Virus record (IMG/VR): IMGVR_UViG_3300042342_001286
Length of the DNA: 64,000 bases
Reading direction: 5' to 3' (one strand)
Source: a virus
Lineage: Duplodnaviria; Caudoviricetes
Position numbers and translations under genes: made by a program
Notes under the pieces: model-generated
Databases searched by the model: none
What the model was told of the DNA's origin: nothing
Seen by the model: the letters and a program-made list of their open reading frames with translations, nothing else
Part shown: positions 58,394 through 64,000 of the stretch, piece by piece
How the letters are laid out: each line of letters starts with the position of its first letter
How positions within the stretch are numbered: the stretch's first letter is position 1

Positions 58394-58570
58394 ATGAAAG
58401 TAAAAATAACAGTAAAATACCACATTGAAATTGGTAATGAAGTCATTGAGTGTGAATCATTTGAACAAGCCGAACGTAAATTAAAACACATATCGGACAT
58501 TGAGAGATACCTAATCAAAACCGAATTAAAGGGTGATGAGATCGTAAATCAATATTTAATCGGTCAATAA
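58394..58570 (+). CDS. 58-aa hypothetical protein
   Basis: Read directly; ATG just after the promoter. Confidence 0.55.
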   Translation: MKVKITVKYHIEIGNEVIECESFEQAERKLKHISDIERYLIKTELKGDEIVNQYLIGQ

Positions 58571-58584
58571 GGTATTTATTATGA

Positions 58585-58908
58585 ATGAACAGAAAAGAGT
58601 ATAGGAGACTATTACAGGACCCCAAATGGAAGATCAAGGCTTCCTTCATAAGAAAGAGAGATAACCACTCCTGCGTCAGATGTGGAAAGAAATCACATAG
58701 ATTACAGGTTCATCACACCAAATACGAAGATGGTCTAATGCCGTGGGAGTACGATAATGATACTTTGGAGTCGTTATGTTCGGGATGTCATAAGAAAGAA
58801 CACAATATTAAACCTAAGAGAAGGTTCACCCCAAGGAAGAAGAAAGAACCCAAATTACAGACAAGAGTTATTAAGATTAAACCCTTTGTTGATTCTCTTG
58901 TTCCCTAA
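58585..58908 (+). CDS. HNH endonuclease
   Basis: CVRCG...LQVHH...LESLCSGCHKKEH. Confidence 0.88.
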   Translation: MNRKEYRRLLQDPKWKIKASFIRKRDNHSCVRCGKKSHRLQVHHTKYEDGLMPWEYDNDTLESLCSGCHKKEHNIKPKRRFTPRKKKEPKLQTRVIKIKPFVDSLVP

Positions 58909-59137
58909 CTCTCAATTCAGTTTTAAAAATTTCAATCCATTCTTGTTTGGTTTTACCCAAATAAACATCAGGTATTTCAGTTAAACCTATCTCTCTTAAA
59001 CAACCTAACGTATTGATTATATGACTATTAGTCATCCAAATAATAGGTGTATCTCTACCTGTGGCAGTTTTCCATGTGGTATTATGTCTATCGTAATTAG
59101 GAACTATTACTTGACCAATAAAGAATTTAAAATTCAT
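58877..59137 (-). CDS. FKFF-tagged small protein
   Basis: MNFKFFIG start; WKTATG...MTNSHIIN phage-type motif. Confidence 0.6.
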   Translation of the reverse strand: MNFKFFIGQVIVPNYDRHNTTWKTATGRDTPIIWMTNSHIINTLGCLREIGLTEIPDVYLGKTKQEWIEIFKTELRVREQENQQRV

Positions 59138-59149
59138 ACCACAAATATA

Positions 59150-60379
59150 TTACAATTTAACCCAAGTTCCATTATGTTTTAAACGAAATTTTGTCGCTCT
59201 AAGAATAATGTTCAATCCAAAGTTGTTAAATTTTTTCTTAACAATATTAAGAATGTCCATTTTAATTGTTTGAATATTATTTAAATTTGGGTTTTCGTCA
59301 CAGTTAATTTTAATTGCCGGTATTAAAACTTTAACATTGTAGTTATTTTCAAATGGATCTGTTTCAACAATGTATACATCACCTAAATCATAATCAAATG
59401 TGTATTTTTGTGGGTCCGTTGCACCTCGATAAAATAATCTTATCGCGTCAACCTCCATTGTTATTTTACCTTTCTTAAGGGCTTTAAAAACAGTCGGCGC
59501 TTTTTTAACAAGTGTTTCGTGTTCGTTTTCCTTCTCTTCTTTTAAAGCAATGATTTGACCACCTTTTACATCGTTTGGTTTTTGATTATCAAAATGAAGT
59601 ACTATGTTGTATTCAAATCTTTCAATTCTTTGTTTAATCATTTGAAGAACGTAATCAATTATTGGTTTTCTTGTATTTTTAGGACCCTCTATGATTTCAC
59701 ATTTAATATCTTTCCAATTAACTATAATACCGATATTACGCATATATTCCTCCAAGAAACTGGTCTTCAATTTATATACTTTAGGTAACTCATATTTTGC
59801 AATTATTTCATGTTCACCGTCTAAGTTATCATTAATTTTAAATTTTATAGTTCCTTTTCTAAATGCCTTATAAACTATTTTAGCTTTTTCTATTTGTTTT
59901 TCCTGTTCTATCGGATCATCAACAATCGATTCGTTCAACATGTTTTCAAAACCATAACTCGGAAGATTATCTTTTTTTCTTATAGAAAGTTCAATATATT
60001 CACCTTCATTAAATGTAACCTTTAATGCGTTATTTAATTTACGTGCAAGTCTCCTCAATAAATCCTCTCTAACATCTATATCATCAGCTAATCCAGGATA
60101 TTTCTCACAATTAATAGTTATACCTGTTATTATTATTTTATATGATGATGATGCGTTTCCTGAAGTTAAATGATATGTTGTGGGTAATTCGTATGTGATT
60201 AAAGCATCACCATCGTCAATCATTTCAAATCCGGTCCAAAACGGAACCATATTAGGGATTAGTTTATCAATCTTAAAACCACCTGTTCTTAGTGTCTTAT
60301 ACATAAGTTTAACCTTACGAGACACCTTACGATAGTCGTCACTTAACATAGATTCCCCCAAGATATCCACAAATTTCAT
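59150..60379 (-). CDS. three-repeat protein (KxxYKxxRKG units), putative head-internal
   Basis: KLMYKTLRTG, KIVYKAFRKG, PTVFKALKKG, each after an LGE/LNE/LKE site. Confidence 0.65.
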   Translation of the reverse strand: MKFVDILGESMLSDDYRKVSRKVKLMYKTLRTGGFKIDKLIPNMVPFWTGFEMIDDGDALITYELPTTYHLTSGNASSSYKIIITGITINCEKYPGLADDIDVREDLLRRLARKLNNALKVTFNEGEYIELSIRKKDNLPSYGFENMLNESIVDDPIEQEKQIEKAKIVYKAFRKGTIKFKINDNLDGEHEIIAKYELPKVYKLKTSFLEEYMRNIGIIVNWKDIKCEIIEGPKNTRKPIIDYVLQMIKQRIERFEYNIVLHFDNQKPNDVKGGQIIALKEEKENEHETLVKKAPTVFKALKKGKITMEVDAIRLFYRGATDPQKYTFDYDLGDVYIVETDPFENNYNVKVLIPAIKINCDENPNLNNIQTIKMDILNIVKKKFNNFGLNIILRATKFRLKHNGTWVKL

Positions 60380-60455
60380 ATGTTAATAAATATATCCCTA
60401 ATTGTTTGGATATTCCGTCAAAAATTCTTAAATTTAGATATAAAACAATAATATC

Positions 60456-60764
60456 ATGGCAATAACTAAAAAGGCGGCAAAGAAGGCCGTACCAAAGGTG
60501 GTTGAAGAACCAAAACAAATCGTTTTAACTCAAGATCAGTATGATGAACTGACTGGACTTAAATGGGATATTAATAACGTATCCAACGAATTAAAAAATA
60601 TCACCACCGATGAAAATAAGAATGTAAGAGAAATTGCATTTGAGTTTGGTGTTCTCCAAGTTAAATTAGAAAAAGTATATGATGATTTAACTAAGATCAC
60701 CGATGCGGTAGACCCCGATCCTTATGTTTGGGAAGATGAAGATGATGACGATAACGACAACTAA
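60456..60764 (+). CDS. hypothetical protein with basic N-terminus and acidic C-terminus
   Basis: 102-aa ORF. Confidence 0.55.
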   Translation: MAITKKAAKKAVPKVVEEPKQIVLTQDQYDELTGLKWDINNVSNELKNITTDENKNVREIAFEFGVLQVKLEKVYDDLTKITDAVDPDPYVWEDEDDDDNDN

Positions 60765-61207
60765 TGTTTAAGTTCAAATTTTTAAGGGGGTTTATTAGTG
60801 CAAGAATAGTAAACATAGAAGAAAGATTAACATTTGTACAACCAAGGTATCCAAGGATACCCATGGGTCAAATTCCATATCCTGAAAATTGTGAAACACC
60901 AAGAGAAAAAAGAATATTTGGAAGAGGATGGAGAGCTTGTGAAAGAGGTATGGAGGTATATGATAATCCATATAGTAATAGGGAAGAACTAATTTATTCA
61001 TTACATAGAATATGGGAAAGTGGATATCTTGAATGTTTTCTTCATCACCCATCAAGACAAATACAACCAACCGATGAGGAGTCTTATCAGGAGGGATGGG
61101 CAACCGCACAATTAGGTCTTCCATTAAATGAAAACCCACATACATACGGATCACATCAATTTAATATGTGGTATGTAGGGTGGAATGACTTTGTTGATAA
61201 TCATTAA
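60764..61207 (+). CDS. FKFL-tagged protein with two RMF-like repeats
   Basis: RGWRACERG...NPY...WESGY and EGWATAQLG...NPH...WYVGW. Confidence 0.55.
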   Translation: MFKFKFLRGFISARIVNIEERLTFVQPRYPRIPMGQIPYPENCETPREKRIFGRGWRACERGMEVYDNPYSNREELIYSLHRIWESGYLECFLHHPSRQIQPTDEESYQEGWATAQLGLPLNENPHTYGSHQFNMWYVGWNDFVDNH

Positions 61208-61210
61208 AAT

Positions 61211-61537
61211 ATGCGTGACTTTAAATTTTTATCTAAGAACGATACAATAAACTTTAACGGACAAATGTCGATTGAAGCACTCAGATATTTCAATGATTAT
61301 GTTAATAATGTAATTAGATATGAAATCACAACACCAACCGCAACATATAGGATGGTGGATTACACTTATGGTGACGGTAACATTGTGGCGGGAACTATCA
61401 ACGCACATCCATCAGGTGTATCCAATGTAATGGTCACCTATAGTATAAGGGGTGGAGAGATTACATCACATACAATACATATAGATTATTGGAATACCAT
61501 GGGACAATTGGCAAATGCAATAAGACGAGAGGATTAG
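61211..61537 (+). CDS. FKFL-tagged small protein
   Basis: MRDFKFLS start. Confidence 0.6.
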   Translation: MRDFKFLSKNDTINFNGQMSIEALRYFNDYVNNVIRYEITTPTATYRMVDYTYGDGNIVAGTINAHPSGVSNVMVTYSIRGGEITSHTIHIDYWNTMGQLANAIRRED

Positions 61538-61590
61538 TTGAATAACAATTCCTTAACATTGCCGAGCATATTTATATTCTATTTATGTAG

Positions 61591-62274
61591 ATGAAAATAG
61601 AAGCTTTATTCATCAGTGATGTACACTTAGGATCTAAAGGTTCAAATGCAGATCAGGTATTGGATGTTCTGAAAAAATACCAACCCGAATATCTATTCTT
61701 AGTTGGTGATATAATAGACGGATGGTTATTGAAACGTAAATTCCGTTGGCCACAATCACACACAAACGTAATTAGAAAGATAATGTCTTATTCCAAGAAT
61801 GGAACTAAGGTCATATACTTGCCAGGAAACCATGATGAATTTGCCAGAGAATATTTAGATCTGAATTTCGGCAACATAGAAATACATAACGAATACATAT
61901 GGAACAACACATATATAACTCACGGAGATTTATATGATGGTGTTGTTAAACTTAAATGGTTGGGAGTATTAGGTAGTATCGGTTATGACTTCGCCATTTC
62001 TATAGACAGAAGACTTAAATCGTGGGGTTATAAAAGATCATTATCCAAGTACCTAAAAGATAAAGTAAAAGAGGCAGTTAAGTTCATCACATCATTTGAA
62101 GAAGAGATAGTTAGACAAGGTATTAAACACAGTTGTAAAACTGTAATGTGCGGTCACATCCACCATCCTGAGGATAAATTAATTAACAATATTAGATATT
62201 TAAATTGTGGAGATTGGATTGAGAATAATTCTTATATCATCTACAACAACAATGAATACACAGTCATTAAGTAA
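61591..62274 (+). CDS. LpxH/YbbF-like metallophosphoesterase (UDP-2,3-diacylglucosamine diphosphatase family)
   Basis: ISDVHLG, LVGDIID, PGNHD, HGD, CGHIH, NCGDW. Confidence 0.88.
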   Translation: MKIEALFISDVHLGSKGSNADQVLDVLKKYQPEYLFLVGDIIDGWLLKRKFRWPQSHTNVIRKIMSYSKNGTKVIYLPGNHDEFAREYLDLNFGNIEIHNEYIWNNTYITHGDLYDGVVKLKWLGVLGSIGYDFAISIDRRLKSWGYKRSLSKYLKDKVKEAVKFITSFEEEIVRQGIKHSCKTVMCGHIHHPEDKLINNIRYLNCGDWIENNSYIIYNNNEYTVIK

Positions 62275-62968
62275 TCAATTAACAATAGTTATTCCATCAA
62301 AGAATGAGGGAAGGATGTTATATGATTGTGTATATAACATATCCAAACAAAACAACATAGCAGGGATAAAGATAATAATAGCGGACGTATCAAATGAAGA
62401 AGAATCTCTATGGTGTTTATGGAAATTACAATCAGACTTTAAATACTCATTAAACATAGAGGTTATTAAAGGAGGATATCCATCACAAGGAAGGTTAAAC
62501 GGATCAAAACTTGTAACGACCCCATATATGTTATTTTTGGACTCAGATGTATTATTAACCAATAAGGATATAATCGTGGAGTGTATGAAATATAAGAAGG
62601 ACTTGATTACAGTTCCATTTACTACGGATTATCCTTATAGATGGGTATTCAGATTATTTGATATGTTCCAATGGAAATCCACAGTCTTAGGAACTCCGTT
62701 CGCCGTGGGAGGATTTCAGTTATGGAACACAGAAACCTATTGGAAATTAGGAGGTTATAACCCTGAAGAACTATTTGCCGAAGACTATAGTATATCACAG
62801 AAGGTAAAGTCAAAGAACTTTAAGGTGGTCAAGGTAAAGGGAACATACACATCCTCTCGTAGATTTAAGTCCAAGGGGATATTATGGATGTTTTATATAA
62901 TGTTAAAGTCCTATTTTAATAGAAACAATCCCGAATTTTTTAAGAAATCACACGGATATTGGGATTAG
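62252..62968 (+). CDS. GT2 glycosyltransferase
   Basis: IVIPSKNE, FLDSDV, LFAED, SSRRF. Confidence 0.85.
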   Translation: MNTQSLSNQLTIVIPSKNEGRMLYDCVYNISKQNNIAGIKIIIADVSNEEESLWCLWKLQSDFKYSLNIEVIKGGYPSQGRLNGSKLVTTPYMLFLDSDVLLTNKDIIVECMKYKKDLITVPFTTDYPYRWVFRLFDMFQWKSTVLGTPFAVGGFQLWNTETYWKLGGYNPEELFAEDYSISQKVKSKNFKVVKVKGTYTSSRRFKSKGILWMFYIMLKSYFNRNNPEFFKKSHGYWD

Positions 62969-62973
62969 AATAT

Positions 62974-63004
62974 TTTGTATATTCAAACTAATATCTTATA
63001 TTTG
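62974..63004 (+). promoter_or_regulatory. Bacteroidota-type sigma70 promoter
   Basis: TTTG-19 nt-TATATTTG. Confidence 0.75.
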
Positions 63005-63008
63005 TATC

Positions 63009-63464
63009 ATGACCGACGCTCAAATAGTAATATCAGTAATTTTTGCTGTAATATTTTTCGTAATTCTTATCTTTAATGTGGTTTCATACCCAAACGTGAA
63101 ATTATATAAAAAGAAATATGATGAGTTAGAACGCGGTGTGTATAAGTATCAACCAGATCATGGTCAATCACGTTATTTTTATCTATACAGTTATGATATT
63201 AATACTTTAACATTTACACGTACCGATGTTAATATCATATTCTTTCTTGACGGTGATATAAAACTAACAAATAATTTATACATACACAAAAGTAATTTGT
63301 TTATGTCATTAGTTAGTTGGTATTATTGGAGAAAGTTTCAAAAGTTAAACGATGAGTTGGTTGTAAATTATGAAAGAGGACTTGATGTTAGACAGATTTA
63401 TAATAGGGCTGTTGAATTAGAAAGGAAACGAAATAAGTTAGAATTTAAATTTTTGCGGGGATGA
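63009..63464 (+). CDS. membrane-anchored protein with C-terminal FKFLRG tag
   Basis: N-terminal TM; ends KLEFKFLRG. Confidence 0.6.
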   Translation: MTDAQIVISVIFAVIFFVILIFNVVSYPNVKLYKKKYDELERGVYKYQPDHGQSRYFYLYSYDINTLTFTRTDVNIIFFLDGDIKLTNNLYIHKSNLFMSLVSWYYWRKFQKLNDELVVNYERGLDVRQIYNRAVELERKRNKLEFKFLRG

Positions 63465-63847
63465 TAATACCATTTAAATTTTTTGTGGGGAAGGTTTATA
63501 CCGATGAATTTGAATTTCCAAGAGTAAGGAGATCTCCAGAACATATAGGTAGAGGATATATTCAAACAATCTTACCGACCGAACCATATCTTGCAACACT
63601 ACCAGAACCCAACTATGATACTATGGTTATTCGTTATGTCAGAAGTTTTATGAGAGGAAATACAAATTGGAGAGGATATGAAGAAGCTTGGATGGATGAA
63701 AGAAATGAATATGTAAGATTAAAGATATTGGGCGGTATTAATATCGGTGGGATGATGCATATTACTTATGAAATAACAACACACCACACAACGTCACAAA
63801 GATATCGTGTAAGTGTCCCATTAGTTAATTTACAAAGAAGAGGATAA
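63461..63847 (+). CDS. FKFF-tagged small protein
   Basis: MIIPFKFFVG start. Confidence 0.6.
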   Translation: MIIPFKFFVGKVYTDEFEFPRVRRSPEHIGRGYIQTILPTEPYLATLPEPNYDTMVIRYVRSFMRGNTNWRGYEEAWMDERNEYVRLKILGGINIGGMMHITYEITTHHTTSQRYRVSVPLVNLQRRG

Positions 63848-63848
63848 T

Positions 63849-64000
63849 ATGATAAACCAATTTAAATTTTTTGAGGGGAGACCAAAAAGATTATATCACT
63901 ACGACCTATTGGTTGGAGGTGTACCTGTTGAGGTAATAACTTCAAACGAACCACCAACACATTTTTTTTCTGGTCCCACACAACATCTTGGTTTTTATGT
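63849..64000 (+). CDS. FKFF-tagged protein, truncated by window end
   Basis: MINQFKFFEG start; open to the end of the window. Confidence 0.55.
   Translation, partial: MINQFKFFEGRPKRLYHYDLLVGGVPVEVITSNEPPTHFFSGPTQHLGFY

Noticed and set aside
58585-58908. HNH as a novel defence or mobile element
   Set aside because: Short free-standing HNH genes are common in phages, and no flanking repeats or intron structure are visible.
1-64000. Alternative genetic code (stop-codon recoding as in some jumbo phages)
   Set aside because: Recognisable genes are full-length under the standard code and end at TAA, TAG and TGA.
1-64000. tRNA, rRNA, integrase or transposase genes
   Set aside because: No cloverleaf or T-loop motifs or recombinase motifs seen by eye; tRNAscan-SE would be needed to exclude them fully.
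1-64000. Bacterial chromosome or eukaryotic giant-virus origin
   Set aside because: No housekeeping operons; small ORFs, an S74 fibre, a gp23-like segment and Bacteroidota promoters fit a tailed phage better. A full-genome check is still needed.

Overview
AT-rich (roughly 30% GC by eye), densely packed, standard-code window that looks like part of a large (jumbo-type) tailed phage genome. No rRNA, tRNA, CRISPR array or transposase was seen. Repeated TTTG-N19/20-TAnnTTTG promoters, no obvious Shine-Dalgarno sites and a T4 gp23-like capsid segment point to a T4-like phage of a Bacteroidota host (inference). Layout: (1) 1-7.8 kb: an array of 2OG-Fe(II) oxygenases, sulfotransferase-like and SGNH-like genes around a circularly permuted ATP-grasp enzyme fused to a Hint domain and a 39-aa six-Cys peptide; (2) 7.8-26.4 kb: a glycosylation island (GT4/GT2, methyltransferases, nucleotide-sugar epimerases, an Aah/TibC-like O-heptosyltransferase next to an S74 tail fibre with 47 X-X-Gly Ser-rich triplets); (3) 26.9-48.5 kb: accessory genes (DNA methyltransferases, putative R-M pair, two PcfJ-like proteins, IscU/IscA, ferredoxin, lone DnaA domain IV, cyclophilin, RmlC, peptidoglycan hydrolase, putative head-internal proteins); (4) 48.5-64 kb: FG-GAP lipoprotein, SGNH triplet, Kce/acetyltransferase/aminotransferase operon, HNH, LpxH-like plus GT2, and many small proteins sharing a terminal F-x-F-[FL] tag. 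Best candidates for new biology: the ATP-grasp-Hint-Cys-peptide cassette, the terminal-tag protein family (including a capsid spine-helix fragment and an RMF-like tandem), and probable phage-encoded O-glycosylation of a Ser/Gly fibre. All calls come from motifs read by eye; no database search was run.
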